Assembly: GCA_964557545.1 (NCBI GenBank)
Contig: CAZLAK010000004.1
Span: 29,088-53,087, forward strand
Length of the DNA stretch: 24,000 bases
Reading direction: 5' to 3'
DNA from: an uncultured Pelotomaculum sp.
GTDB lineage: Bacteria > Bacillota > Desulfotomaculia > Desulfotomaculales > Pelotomaculaceae
Both the position numbers and the translations under genes were made by a program. Within the stretch, counting starts at the first letter, position 1. Each line of letters starts with the position of its first letter. The notes under the pieces are model-generated. The model saw nothing but the letters and a program-made list of their open reading frames with translations. It was not told where the DNA came from and did not search any database. Shown here one piece after another: positions 1 to 9,189 of this stretch.

Positions 1-84
1 GGGGTGAAATGCCGCTGGAAGTGATCCGGGGGCTGCCTTGTGCCGCCGAGCCATGAAATTTTGCCCGTTTTTAAGTTGATTTTG

Positions 85-113
85 TTGACTTTCTCTTTTT
101 ACGGGCATATAAT
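85..113 (+). promoter_or_regulatory. sigma-A-type promoter for the thiamine operon
   Basis: TTGACT (85-90), 17-nt spacer, perfect TATAAT (108-113), about 65 nt upstream of the TPP riboswitch. Confidence 0.85.
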
Positions 114-175
114 TTAATTGAAAAATTGCCAAAAGAATTGCCAAAGCGCAAAGACAGACAACTGAATACCTGGTT

Positions 176-277
176 GCTGGGGGTGCCGCAAGGCTGAGAG
201 AAGCTATAGGCGAAAAATTCGCCCGGGCTTCAACCCTTTGAACCTGATGTGGGTAATGCCACCGTAGGGAAGCTGGA
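176..277 (+). promoter_or_regulatory. TPP (THI-element) riboswitch
   Basis: Conserved blocks GGGGTGCC...AGGCTGAGAGAAG and ACCCTTTGAACCTGATGTGGGTAATGCCACCGTAGGGAAGCT, directly upstream of thiS. Confidence 0.95.
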
Positions 278-290
278 GCTTTTGCTGTAA

Positions 291-333
291 AGCTGTGCTG
301 CCGCTTAAAAGGTGGGCACGGCTTTAGTTTTCT
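291..333 (+). terminator. probable expression-platform terminator of the TPP riboswitch
   Basis: AGCTGTGCT...GGGCACGGCT imperfect stem followed by T-rich TTAGTTTTCTT. Confidence 0.5.
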
Positions 334-336
334 TAT

Positions 337-374
337 AAAGATGACCCGCACTTAAGGTGGCGGGTCATCTTTTG
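337..374 (+). terminator. intrinsic-terminator-like hairpin upstream of thiS
   Basis: Perfect 13-bp stem AAAGATGACCCGC/GCGGGTCATCTTT, 10-nt loop, then a short T tract; between riboswitch and thiS. Confidence 0.7.
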
Positions 375-412
375 TGAAGAGCAAAATTTCTGACGGCTGG
401 GGGTGGCGGTTT

Positions 413-616
413 TTGAAGCTTTTAGTCAACGGCCGGGAAGAAGAATTCCCCAAAGAAGTGGGTACTGTTTTGGATTTGCTCCAGCACAAAAGAATCGTGC
501 CGGAGACGGTAGTGGTGGAGCTGAACGGTTCGGTTTTAAAGAGGGACAGCTGGGGGACAGCGCTCTTAAAAGACGGCGACCGGTTGGAGATTTTACGGTT
601 TGTTGGAGGGGGATGA
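413..616 (+). CDS. thiS: sulfur carrier protein ThiS
   Basis: TTG start; KLLVNGREEEFPKEVGTVLDLL...DRLEILRFVGGG, beta-grasp with C-terminal Gly-Gly; start of thiamine cluster. The track ORF starting at 374 is over-long. Confidence 0.9.
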   Translation: MKLLVNGREEEFPKEVGTVLDLLQHKRIVPETVVVELNGSVLKRDSWGTALLKDGDRLEILRFVGGG

Positions 617-619
617 AAA

Positions 620-1405
620 ATGGCGGACGTTGAGCAGGATTTTTTGGAAATAGGAGGCCGTAAGCTAAAGAGCAGGCTCTTTTTGGGAACGGGCAAATTT
701 TCTTCTAACCGGCTGATACCCGAGGCGGTTAAAGCCAGCGGGGCACAGGTGGTGACGGTGGCGCTGCGCCGCGTCGACCCGGGATTTGAAGAGGAGAACA
801 TCGCCTCTTACGTTCCCCAGGACTGCATTTTAATGCCCAACACTTCTGGCGCCAGGAATGCCGCGGAAGCCGTGAGGATTGCCCGTCTGGCCAGGGAGGC
901 AGGCTGCGGCAACTGGGTGAAAATTGAGGTTATTACGGATAACCGCTACCTCCTGCCGGATAACTACGAAACCATCAAAGCTACCGAGATCCTGGCGGCC
1001 GAGGGCTTTGTGGTGCTGCCCTATATGAGCCCCGACCTCACCGTGGCCAGAAAGCTGGTGGAAGCCGGGGCAGCGGCGGTCATGCCGCTGGGCGCGCCCA
1101 TCGGCTCCAACCGGGGGCTTAGGACTAAGGAACTGGTGAGGATTTTGGTTGAGGAAATACCGGTTCCGGTGATCGTGGACGCGGGTCTGGGCCGGCCGTC
1201 GGAGGCGGCCGAGGCCATGGAGATGGGGGTGGCCGCCGTGCTGGTCAACACGGCCATTGCTACGGCCGGCGATCCGGTAGCCATGGCCCGCGCCTTTGGT
1301 TTGGCGGTAGAGGCGGGGAGGCTGGCTTACCTGGCGGGGCCCGGCGAGGTGGTGGAGTACGCCCGCGCCTCCTCACCGCTCACCGGCTTTCTGCGGGACG
1401 ATTAA
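620..1405 (+). CDS. thiG: thiazole synthase ThiG
   Basis: [19 protein letters not shown]...[20 protein letters not shown]...[10 protein letters not shown]...[20 protein letters not shown]...AVLVNTAI motifs. Confidence 0.97.
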   Translation: MADVEQDFLEIGGRKLKSRLFLGTGKFSSNRLIPEAVKASGAQVVTVALRRVDPGFEEENIASYVPQDCILMPNTSGARNAAEAVRIARLAREAGCGNWVKIEVITDNRYLLPDNYETIKATEILAAEGFVVLPYMSPDLTVARKLVEAGAAAVMPLGAPIGSNRGLRTKELVRILVEEIPVPVIVDAGLGRPSEAAEAMEMGVAAVLVNTAIATAGDPVAMARAFGLAVEAGRLAYLAGPGEVVEYARASSPLTGFLRDD

Positions 1406-1465
1406 AAGAAATTGAAAGAACGGGAAAAACTGGGCGTATTTTAGTTGGCAGGAGATGAGCTGGCT

Positions 1466-2566
1466 GTGAGTTTTTACGAGGTTTTAAAGGTTTACAAAGA
1501 CTTTGACTTTGAGGAATTTTTCAGGCGCGTAAGACCCGTCGATGTAAAAAGGGTGCTGGCCAAAGACCGCCTGAACGAGCGGGATTACCTTGTGCTGCTT
1601 TCACCGGAGGCCGAAGCCTTTTTAGAAGAAATGGCCCAAAAGGCCCACCGCCTGACGGTGCAGCACTTCGGCCGGACTATCCTCCTCTACACGCCGCTTT
1701 ACATCTCTGACTACTGCGTGAACAGCTGTCTCTACTGTGGTTTTAGGGCTGAAAACCCGGTAAATAGGAAAAAGCTTTCGCCGGACGAGGTGGAGGAAGA
1801 GGCGCGCCTTATAGCTTCTACCGGTTTAAAGCACATCCTCGTCTTGACCGGCGAGTCGCGCCGCCACTCACCCGTTTCTTACATTAAAGAGTGCGTGGAG
1901 GTGCTAAAGAAATACTTCACTTCTATCAGTATTGAAATTTACCCGCTTTACGAGGAGGAGTACGCCGAACTCATTGCCGCCGGTGTAGACGGCATCACCG
2001 TATACCAGGAAGTGTACGACGAGGAGGTTTACGCCCAGCTGCACCCGTCAGGACCTAAGCGCAACTTCCGCTTTCGCCTGGATGCCCCGGAGCGGGCCTG
2101 CCGGGCAGGGATGCGCACCGCCAACGTGGGGGCTCTATTGGGCCTGCATTACTGGCGCAGCGAGGCCTTTTTCACCGGCCTGCACGCCTGTTACTTACAG
2201 GACGTTTTTCCAGCCGTGGAGGTAAGCATATCGCCGCCGCGCCTTCGCCCCCACTTGGGAAATTTTGTCCCGCGCGAACGCGTGACGGACAAAAACCTCG
2301 TCCAGTACATCCTGGCATTTAGACTGTTCATGCCGCGCGGCGGCATTACCATTTCCACCCGCGAGCGGCCGGAACTGCGCGACCGCCTGGTCAAACTGGG
2401 GGCCACGCGCATGTCGGCCGGCTCGTGCACTGCTGTCGGGGGGCGCGTGCAAAAAGATCGCACCGGCCAGTTCGACATATTCGATTGTCGCAGTGTGGCC
2501 GAAATGGCGGCCATGCTCTACTCCCAGGGCTACCAGCCGGTTTATAAGGACTGGCAGCTGTTATAG
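1466..2566 (+). CDS. thiH: 2-iminoacetate synthase ThiH (radical SAM)
   Basis: [10 protein letters not shown] radical SAM cluster motif; ThiH/HydG-type C-terminal region; lies between thiG and thiE. GTG start 1466 preceded by AGGAG; track start at 1445 is less likely. Confidence 0.93.
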   Translation: MSFYEVLKVYKDFDFEEFFRRVRPVDVKRVLAKDRLNERDYLVLLSPEAEAFLEEMAQKAHRLTVQHFGRTILLYTPLYISDYCVNSCLYCGFRAENPVNRKKLSPDEVEEEARLIASTGLKHILVLTGESRRHSPVSYIKECVEVLKKYFTSISIEIYPLYEEEYAELIAAGVDGITVYQEVYDEEVYAQLHPSGPKRNFRFRLDAPERACRAGMRTANVGALLGLHYWRSEAFFTGLHACYLQDVFPAVEVSISPPRLRPHLGNFVPRERVTDKNLVQYILAFRLFMPRGGITISTRERPELRDRLVKLGATRMSAGSCTAVGGRVQKDRTGQFDIFDCRSVAEMAAMLYSQGYQPVYKDWQLL

Positions 2567-2614
2567 AGGGATGTTACCAGGCATATCTTGCCGGAAAAGA
2601 GGGGGTGTTGTAAA

Positions 2615-3277
2615 GTGAATAAAAGGACAGCTTTGGATATTTTTTTAGCGGCAGACCTCTACGGGATTACGGCCGAAGAGTACTCGCTGGGGAGGAAAAA
2701 CCCGGAGGTCGTCAAAATGATGGTAGACGCCGGGATTAAAGTAATACAGTACCGGGAAAAAGACAAAAAGATGCGCGCCAAGTACGAGGAGTGCCTGGAG
2801 ATCCGGAAAATTACGGAAAGCGCTGGCGCCGTTTTCATCGTCAACGACCACCCGGACCTGGCCCTCCTGGCAGGGGCAGACGGCGTGCATTTGGGCCAGG
2901 AGGACCTGCCGCCGGAAAAGGTGAGGGAGCTGGTGGGGGGAGAAATGCTCATCGGCCTTTCCACCCACTCCCCGGAGCAGGCCAGGGCGGCCGAAGAGTG
3001 CGGTGCCGTGGACTACATCGGCGTAGGCCCGATTTTCCCCACCAGCACCAAAAAGGACGTCTGTGCTCCCGTCGGGTTTTCTTACCTGGATTATGTGGTC
3101 AAAAATATCCGCCTTCCCTTTGTGGCCATCGGCGGCATCAAAGAGCACAATGCCGGCGAGGTTTGGCGCAGGGGGGCGCGCTGCCTGGCCATGGTGACCG
3201 AAATCGTAGGGGCCGAAGATATTGCCGGCAAGGTGAAAAGTTTGCGCGCCGTGCGCCGGCAGGCACTAGGTTATTGA
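2615..3277 (+). CDS. thiE: thiamine-phosphate synthase ThiE
   Basis: VIQYREKDK...FIVNDHPDLALLAGADGVHLGQEDLP...YIGVGPIFPTSTKKD...VAIGGI motifs; GTG start after GGGGGTG. Confidence 0.95.
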   Translation: MNKRTALDIFLAADLYGITAEEYSLGRKNPEVVKMMVDAGIKVIQYREKDKKMRAKYEECLEIRKITESAGAVFIVNDHPDLALLAGADGVHLGQEDLPPEKVRELVGGEMLIGLSTHSPEQARAAEECGAVDYIGVGPIFPTSTKKDVCAPVGFSYLDYVVKNIRLPFVAIGGIKEHNAGEVWRRGARCLAMVTEIVGAEDIAGKVKSLRAVRRQALGY

Positions 3278-3292
3278 GGAGGGTTAATTAAC

Positions 3293-4585
3293 GTGGAGTA
3301 CGCAACGCAAATGGAAGCGGCCCGCCTGGGTATAGTTACAAAGCAGATGGAAGCGGTGGCCCGCGAAGAAGGGGTAGATGTCCAAAAGCTCCGCCGGCTT
3401 ATTGCCGGGGGCAAAGTGGTCATTCCGGCCAACAAAAACCATGCCTCTTTAAAGCCCTGCGGTATAGGGGAGGGGTTGCGCACCAAGATTAACGTCAACC
3501 TGGGCATATCCGGCGACCGCCGCGATGTGGAGCTGGAGCTGGCCAAGGCGCGGCTGGCTGTAGAACTTAAAGCGGACGCCGTCATGGACTTGAGCTGCTA
3601 CGGCCGGACGGAAGAATTCCGCCGCCGCTTGGTAGAGACCGTGCCCTGTGCCGTAGGCACAGTGCCGGTCTACGATGTCACGGGCTTTTGCGGTAAAGAG
3701 CTAAAAGACGTTGATCCGGACGATTTTCTGCGGGTAGTGGAAAAGCACGCCCAGGACGGGGTGGACTTTATGACCATCCACGCCGGTATAAACCGCGAGA
3801 CGGCGGCCAGGTTTAAAAAGAACCCCCGCCTCACCAATATCGTCTCCCGGGGCGGCTCAATTATCTTTGTGTGGATGGAGCTGACCGGCCGGGAAAACCC
3901 GTTTTACGAGTACTACGACGATCTTCTCGCCATCTGCCGGTGCTACGACGTGACCATCAGTTTAGGCGACGCCTGCCGGCCCGGCTCTTTAAAAGACGCC
4001 ACCGACGCCTCCCAGGTGCAGGAGCTCATCGTCTTAGGAGAACTCACCAAAAGGGCGTGGGAGAAGGACGTCCAGGTGATGATTGAGGGGCCGGGTCACA
4101 TGCCGCTAAATGAGATTGCCGCTAATATGCTTTTGGAAAAGAAGCTGTGCCACGGCGCGCCGTTTTACGTCTTAGGGCCCCTGGTGACGGACGTGGCGCC
4201 CGGCTACGACCACATCACCAGTGCTATCGGCGGGGCCATTGCCGCCGCCAGCGGGGCTGACTTCCTCTGCTACGTCACCCCGGCCGAACACTTGCGGCTG
4301 CCCACCTTGGAAGACATGAAAGAGGGTATTATCGCTGCCCGCATCGCCGCCCACGCCGCCGACATCGCCAAGGGGATACCCGGGGCAAGGGACTGGGACG
4401 ACGCCATGAGCGAGGCCAGGCGCAACCTCGACTGGGAGAAAATGTTTGAGCTGGCCCTGGACCCGGAAAAGGCCAGGCGCTACCGCCGGGAGTCGCAGCC
4501 CGCGGAAGAGGACACCTGCACCATGTGCGGCGACAAGTGCGCCGTGCGCAATATGAACAGGGTGCTGGCGGGCGCTGTTGTTTAA
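3293..4585 (+). CDS. thiC: phosphomethylpyrimidine synthase ThiC
   Basis: MTIHAGI...SRGGSI...[11 protein letters not shown]...[28 protein letters not shown]...and C-terminal [12 protein letters not shown] cluster motif; GTG start. Confidence 0.97.
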   Translation: MEYATQMEAARLGIVTKQMEAVAREEGVDVQKLRRLIAGGKVVIPANKNHASLKPCGIGEGLRTKINVNLGISGDRRDVELELAKARLAVELKADAVMDLSCYGRTEEFRRRLVETVPCAVGTVPVYDVTGFCGKELKDVDPDDFLRVVEKHAQDGVDFMTIHAGINRETAARFKKNPRLTNIVSRGGSIIFVWMELTGRENPFYEYYDDLLAICRCYDVTISLGDACRPGSLKDATDASQVQELIVLGELTKRAWEKDVQVMIEGPGHMPLNEIAANMLLEKKLCHGAPFYVLGPLVTDVAPGYDHITSAIGGAIAAASGADFLCYVTPAEHLRLPTLEDMKEGIIAARIAAHAADIAKGIPGARDWDDAMSEARRNLDWEKMFELALDPEKARRYRRESQPAEEDTCTMCGDKCAVRNMNRVLAGAVV

Positions 4586-4636
4586 GGTTGTTTAAAAGGA
4601 GCATTTTTAAAGAATTTGCCCTTCAAGAAGTATTAA

Positions 4637-4694
4637 CCCCTCCCGACGGTGTGGTAAAATTTTAACAGCAAGTAAATGACGGGAGGGGTTTTTT
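4637..4694 (+). promoter_or_regulatory. hairpin enclosing the Shine-Dalgarno of the macro-domain gene
   Basis: AACCCCTCCCG (4637-4647) is perfectly complementary to CGGGAGGGGTT (4682-4692), followed by TTTT up to ATG at 4695. Confidence 0.55.
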
Positions 4695-5249
4695 ATGGAA
4701 GCGAGAGTAGGTACGGCGGTATTAAAAATTGTGCAGGGAGATATTACCAAGGCAGACACGGAGGCCATTGTAAACGCGGCCAACCCCAGCCTGATGGGCG
4801 GCGGCGGGGTGGACGGGGCCATTCACCGCGCCGGCGGGCCGCAGATCCTGGAGGAGTGCAAGGCCATCCGCGCCCAGCGGGGCCCGCTGCCGACAGGTCA
4901 AGCGGTTATCACCACCGGCGGCAAGCTAAAGGCCCGCTACGTTATCCACACCGTGGGGCCGGTTTGGTACGGCGGCAGCCACAACGAGGACAACCTCTTG
5001 TGTGACGCTTACCGAAACAGCTTAGCGCTGGCCAAAGAAAAGGGCATCCGTTCGGTGTCTTTCCCTTCCATCAGCACCGGCGCCTACGGTTTTCCCATCG
5101 AGCGGGCGGCGCGCCTTGCTCTGCGCACGGTGGTCGATTTTCTGCTGACTAACCCAGGCTTGGAAGAGGTGCGCTTTGTGCTCTTCGGCGAGGAGGCGGA
5201 AAAAGTATTTCTGGCGGCCTGGGAGGAAGTGAGCAAAGAACTGGGCTGA
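4695..5249 (+). CDS. macro-domain protein (O-acetyl-ADP-ribose deacetylase-like)
   Basis: VQGDITKADTEAIVNAANPSLMGGGGVDGAIHRAGG...VIHTVGPVW...SFPSISTGAYGFP motifs. Confidence 0.95.
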   Translation: MEARVGTAVLKIVQGDITKADTEAIVNAANPSLMGGGGVDGAIHRAGGPQILEECKAIRAQRGPLPTGQAVITTGGKLKARYVIHTVGPVWYGGSHNEDNLLCDAYRNSLALAKEKGIRSVSFPSISTGAYGFPIERAARLALRTVVDFLLTNPGLEEVRFVLFGEEAEKVFLAAWEEVSKELG

Positions 5250-5282
5250 TAATACGTGCAGTATTGTTGGGTTTTTAGATCC

Positions 5283-5310
5283 AAGGGGCGCCCGGCGGGC
5301 GCCCTTTAGT
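5283..5310 (+). terminator. rho-independent terminator after the macro-domain gene
   Basis: AAGGGGCGCCC/GGGCGCCCTTT GC-rich hairpin, then TTTAGT. Confidence 0.7.
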
Positions 5311-5505
5311 ATTTGTGCGGCAAAGGCAAAATCCGCTTGTTTTAAATAAGTAAAATATAATATAATAAAAAACAAATATTATTATATGATTAATAGGATA
5401 TTTTTAAGGGGGCTGGTCAACGTGCGTTGAACTGGGTAAGGGCTGGCACATTGTGGCTTATAAGGAAAATAAGGTTCACCGTACTGAGTAGGGGGGTAGA
5501 AACAC

Positions 5506-6576
5506 ATGACTGATTCGGTAACGGGAAAACTCAATTTTCTGGACCGGTACTTAACCCTGTGGATTTTTTTGGCGATGGCGCTGGGTGTGGGAGGCGGTTA
5601 TATTTACCCGCAGATAGCTAACTTTTGGGGTAAGTTCCAGGTGGGTACTACCAATATCCCCATTGCCATCGGTCTAATTATCATGATGTACCCGCCCCTG
5701 GCGAGGGTGAAGTACGAAGAAATAGGCAAAGTGTTTACCAACGGCAAAGTCATGGTCTTAAGCCTGGTGCAGAACTGGTTTATCGGCCCGCTTATAATGT
5801 TTTTTCTGGCGATTGCCTTCCTGCGGGGCTACCCGGAATACATGGCCGGCCTCATCCTCATCGGCCTGGCCCGCTGCATCGCCATGGTTATAGTCTGGAA
5901 CGGGCTGGCCAAGGGCGACTCTGAATACGCTGCCGCCCTGGTAGCGCTGAACTCTATTTTTCAAGTGCTGTTTTTTTCGGTGTACGCTTATTTTTTCATC
6001 ACTCTGATGCCTCAGTGGTTTGGCCTTAAATCTTCGGAAGTGCACATTTCGATGGGAGAAGTGGCCAAAAGCGTTTTCATTTACCTCGGCATACCTTTTT
6101 TGGCCGGTGTTATCACCCGTTTTTCTCTCATGCCGGTAAAGGGCAAAGAATGGTATGACAAGCAGTTCATGCCCAAAATCGGCCCTTTAACCTTAATTGC
6201 TCTGCTGTTTACCATCCTGGTGATGTTCTCTTTGAAGGGCAATTACATTGTTACCCTGCCGATAGATGTGGTCAGGGTGGCCGTTCCGCTGACTTTGTAC
6301 TTTTTAATTATGTTTTTAATTTCTTTCTTTATAAGCAAAAAATTGGGTATAAATTACGAGCAGGCCACGACCCTGTCCTTTACTGCTGCCAGCAACAACT
6401 TTGAACTGGCCATTGCGGTAGCCGTGGCGGTTTTCGGCATCAATTCAGGACAGGCTTTTGCCGCGGTAATCGGTCCGCTGATCGAAGTGCCGGTGATGAT
6501 CTGGCTGGTTAACGTGGCCCTTTATTTTAAGAGGAAGTACTTTGCCCAAAAAACTCAGGGAGGTGAGCCTGTTTAG
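5506..6576 (+). CDS. acr3: arsenite efflux permease, ACR3 family
   Basis: [29 protein letters not shown]...[20 protein letters not shown]...[36 protein letters not shown]...[18 protein letters not shown] motifs. Confidence 0.95.
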   Translation: MTDSVTGKLNFLDRYLTLWIFLAMALGVGGGYIYPQIANFWGKFQVGTTNIPIAIGLIIMMYPPLARVKYEEIGKVFTNGKVMVLSLVQNWFIGPLIMFFLAIAFLRGYPEYMAGLILIGLARCIAMVIVWNGLAKGDSEYAAALVALNSIFQVLFFSVYAYFFITLMPQWFGLKSSEVHISMGEVAKSVFIYLGIPFLAGVITRFSLMPVKGKEWYDKQFMPKIGPLTLIALLFTILVMFSLKGNYIVTLPIDVVRVAVPLTLYFLIMFLISFFISKKLGINYEQATTLSFTAASNNFELAIAVAVAVFGINSGQAFAAVIGPLIEVPVMIWLVNVALYFKRKYFAQKTQGGEPV

Positions 6577-6818
6577 TGCAAATAAAAGTTTTGGGCACCG
6601 GCTGTCCCAAGTGCCGCGCCCTTTACAGCGCTGTCGGTGAAACGGTAAAAGAGATGGGTTTACAGGCCGAAGTCGTGAAGGTGGAAGATATAAAAGAGAT
6701 CTTAGAAGCCGGTGTAATGCTGACTCCCGGCCTCATAGTCAACGGCAAGCTCAAAGCGAGCGGGAAAGTTCCGTCCAAAGCAGAACTGAAGCGCTATATT
6801 GAAGAGGAGCTAAAATAA
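6576..6818 (+). CDS. small thioredoxin-family (redox-active disulfide) protein
   Basis: MQIKVLGTGCPKCRAL...TPGLIVNGKLKASGKVPS; GTG start overlaps the acr3 stop codon. Confidence 0.9.
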   Translation: MQIKVLGTGCPKCRALYSAVGETVKEMGLQAEVVKVEDIKEILEAGVMLTPGLIVNGKLKASGKVPSKAELKRYIEEELK

Positions 6819-6838
6819 TTTTAAGGATAAATGTGATG

Positions 6839-6869
6839 AAAAAAGACACGGCCAGCCCGTGTCTTTTTT
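6839..6869 (+). terminator. rho-independent terminator after the acr3 transcript
   Basis: Perfect 13-bp stem AAAAAAGACACGG/CCGTGTCTTTTTT. Confidence 0.85.
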
Positions 6870-6897
6870 GCCTGTGGTGTGCTTTTGGGGTGTTGCG

Positions 6898-6927
6898 TTG
6901 GCAAGAACTATATGTTAATATTCTAAT
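6898..6927 (+). promoter_or_regulatory. putative promoter for the ArsP/YraQ-type permease
   Basis: TTGGCA (6898-6903), 18-nt spacer, TCTAAT (6922-6927). Confidence 0.5.
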
Positions 6928-6961
6928 ACAATTAATACTTTTAAAAAGAGGAGATATGTGA

Positions 6962-8134
6962 TTGTTGAAGGAAAGAAATAAGCTTATTCTTATGGTTGCC
7001 GTTTACCTGGCGGTATTTTTCCTGCCGCTCTCCCACCCCCGGGTGCAGTCGGCTATTTTGGAGTCTTTCTACATGCTGCAGGACTACGCCCAAAAGCACG
7101 TCCTGACCTGCCTTGTGCCGGCCTTCTTTATTGCCGGCGCCATTGCCGTCTTTGTTTCGCAGGCTTCGGTGCTGAAATACTTTGGGGCGGGGGCTAATAA
7201 AATTCTGTCCTACGGCGTGGCTTCGGTTTCAGGCAGTGTGCTGGCGGTGTGCTCCTGCACAGTGCTGCCGCTCTTTGCCGGTATTTACACCCGGGGAGCA
7301 GGGATTGGTCCGGCGACGGCTTTTCTCTATTCGGGTCCGGCCATAAATGTGCTGGCCATTATTCTCACAGCCAGGGTTTTGGGCTTTGAACTCGGGCTGG
7401 CACGGGCGGTGGGGGCAGTTCTTTTTTCCCTGCTCATCGGCCTGGCGATGAATCTTATATCTGTAAAAGAAGAAAGGGAAAAAGAAAAAGCGGCTTTAAC
7501 CTTACCCCCGCCGCCGCCCGACAGGCGCTCCCTTTGGCAGTACGCGGTGTACTTTGGCTCAATGGTGCTGGCGCTCATCTTCTTGGCCTGGGGTAAGCCC
7601 GCCCAGCCGGTTGGTTTTTTCAGCGCCGTTTACGAGGTGCACTGGTACCTGGCCGCCGCTTGCCTGGCTGTTCTGGCGGTGATTTTAAAATTTTGGTTTA
7701 CTAAAGAAGAGCTTGCCGGGTGGGTGGGAGCTACCTGGGGCTTTGCTAAACAGATTTTCCCCTTGCTCTTGGCGGGCGTGATGGCGGCCGGCTTCTTAAT
7801 GGGCCGGCCCGGAGAGGATACAGGTATCATTCCGGCTAAATACATTGCCCATCTGGTTGGCGGCAACTCTTTAGCGGCCAATTTTCTGGCCTCGCTGGTA
7901 GGTGCCCTGATATACTTTGCCACACTGACGGAAATTCCTATTCTGCAGGGTCTGCTCGGCAGCGGCATGGGTAAAGGTCCCGCACTGGCCCTTTTGCTAT
8001 CCGGCCCGGCCTTGAGCCTGCCCAACATGATCGTCATCGGCCGGGTAATGGGCGCCAAAAAAGCTGCTGTTTTTATTGCCCTGGTAGTGGTAATGTCTAC
8101 GCTGGCGGGTATGCTCTACGGTGCTATTTTTTAG
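6962..8134 (+). CDS. YraQ/ArsP-type permease (putative organoarsenical or metalloid efflux)
   Basis: VLAVCSCTVLPLFAGIYTRGAGIGPATAFLYSGPAINVLAI and LTEIPILQGLLGSGMGKGPALALLLSGPALSLPNMI repeats with many TM segments; TTG start (6962 or 6965). Confidence 0.85.
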   Translation: MLKERNKLILMVAVYLAVFFLPLSHPRVQSAILESFYMLQDYAQKHVLTCLVPAFFIAGAIAVFVSQASVLKYFGAGANKILSYGVASVSGSVLAVCSCTVLPLFAGIYTRGAGIGPATAFLYSGPAINVLAIILTARVLGFELGLARAVGAVLFSLLIGLAMNLISVKEEREKEKAALTLPPPPPDRRSLWQYAVYFGSMVLALIFLAWGKPAQPVGFFSAVYEVHWYLAAACLAVLAVILKFWFTKEELAGWVGATWGFAKQIFPLLLAGVMAAGFLMGRPGEDTGIIPAKYIAHLVGGNSLAANFLASLVGALIYFATLTEIPILQGLLGSGMGKGPALALLLSGPALSLPNMIVIGRVMGAKKAAVFIALVVVMSTLAGMLYGAIF

Positions 8135-8145
8135 AAGGCGTGCAG

Positions 8146-8175
8146 TTGACACTTGCAATCAATAGAACTTAAAAT
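8146..8175 (+). promoter_or_regulatory. putative promoter of arsR
   Basis: TTGACA (8146-8151), 18-nt spacer, TAAAAT (8170-8175). Confidence 0.6.
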
Positions 8176-8283
8176 AAGGAAAGAATATCATAATATTATA
8201 ATAAGCATTGCAGCGTAGTGTTTGGGAACTGTTTTGTGTTTTTTTAAATTTGCTGTCAGGAGAGGAAAGGGGAAGGTGTACCG

Positions 8284-8649
8284 GTGTACAATAAAAATCA
8301 CAGCAATTACAGCACGCTGGCCAGAACCAAAGCGGAGGTATTAAAAGCGCTGGCCCATCCCACCCGGGTTAGCATCCTGGAGTATTTAAAAGGCGGGGAG
8401 CGGTGCGTTTGTGAAATAATTGAGCACCTGAATATCGAGCAGTCCAACGTTTCCCAGCATTTGGCCATTTTAAAGAGGCTGGGCATTCTCTCTTTCAGAA
8501 GAGAAGGGCTTAAAATGATTTACCGGGTAAAGCACAGGGAAGTATTTGCTATTTTGCGCCTGTTGGAGGATATGGTGTCTGCTCAGGCGAGGGAGACGGC
8601 GGCCATGCTGGAAAGCCTGGGTGAAAAAAAGGAGGCGGGCCAGCAATGA
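8284..8649 (+). CDS. arsR: ArsR-family transcriptional regulator
   Basis: AEVLKALAHPTRVSILEYLKGGERCVCEI...NIEQSNVSQHLAILKRLGILSFRREGLKMIYRV; includes the CVC motif of metalloid-sensing ArsR proteins. Confidence 0.93.
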   Translation: MYNKNHSNYSTLARTKAEVLKALAHPTRVSILEYLKGGERCVCEIIEHLNIEQSNVSQHLAILKRLGILSFRREGLKMIYRVKHREVFAILRLLEDMVSAQARETAAMLESLGEKKEAGQQ

Positions 8650-8985
8650 CGGGAAAAAGAGTGCTGGTTACTGTTTTCGGTTACGATGCTTCGCACGCAC
8701 CCGGCGGTTGCACGTGTGCAGGGGGCCTGCCGGGCCCCATCAGCATGAGCAGCGATACAGAAGACCTGAAAAAAATTTCTTGCCCGTGAGTTTGGGGATG
8801 CGGTAGAAGTCAGCTTTGTAGACGTGCGCAGTGTGGAAATGGCCGTTTACCCGGAGGTGCTGGCAGCGCTGGAAAAAGAGCGCCTGCCGGCGGTGGCCAT
8901 AAATAAAAAACCCCGCTTTTTTGGGGGGCTTTCCTTCATTGCCATTGCCGACGAAGTAAAAAAGGTACTAGCGGAAAAGAATTAG
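8646..8985 (+). pseudogene. frameshifted small thioredoxin-like protein
   Basis: MTGKRVLVTVFGYDASHAPGGCTCAGGLPGPISMSSDTEDLKK in frame from ATG 8646; after an A7 tract (8769-8775) the frame stops at 8789, but the +1 frame continues FLAREFGDAVEVSFVDVRSVEMAVYPEVLAALEKERLPAVAINKKPRFFGGLSFIAIADEVKKVLAEKN* to 8985. Confidence 0.8.
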
Positions 8986-9017
8986 GGCGGCACAACCAGG
9001 TGCCGCCTGTTGTCTTT
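8986..9017 (+). terminator. rho-independent terminator after the arsR block
   Basis: GGCGGCAC (8986-8993), 6-nt loop, GTGCCGCC (9000-9007), then TGTTGTCTTT. Confidence 0.7.
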
Positions 9018-9151
9018 AGGCAGTTCAGCTATTTGCTCAAAGATATAAACTTTTATTTTACTATCTGCTGCATTTTATTAAAAAATTATATTAAATATAT
9101 CAGGTTTTTTTATTTTTTTCAGTGGTAAAATATACTCGGTGCGCAGCGCAA

Positions 9152-9189
9152 CACGCCGGTGCTCTGTAATATTACAGACCTGGCGGGTG
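9152..9189 (+). promoter_or_regulatory. structured dyad in the selD leader
   Basis: Perfect palindrome TCTGTAATATTACAGA (9163-9178) nested between CACGCC and GGCGGGTG arms, about 35 nt upstream of the selD start. Confidence 0.4.

Noticed and set aside
3-56. possible C-terminus of an upstream CDS (GEMPLEVIRGLPCAAEP*)
   Set aside because: Too short to assign; only 17 codons visible and no recognisable family.
352-801. minus-strand ORF opposite thiS/thiG
   Set aside because: Antisense of convincingly coding sequence; product is Pro/Ser/Thr-rich with no family resemblance.
5449-5466. possible sigma-54 promoter (TGGCACATTGTGGC) upstream of acr3
   Set aside because: Spacing between the GG and GC elements is 9 rather than 10 nt and the -12 element is a poor match; likely chance.
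8546-8806. + strand ORF overlapping arsR and the frameshifted gene
   Set aside because: Out-of-frame with the arsR and thioredoxin-like readings; low-complexity Arg/Cys/Trp-rich product typical of a spurious frame.
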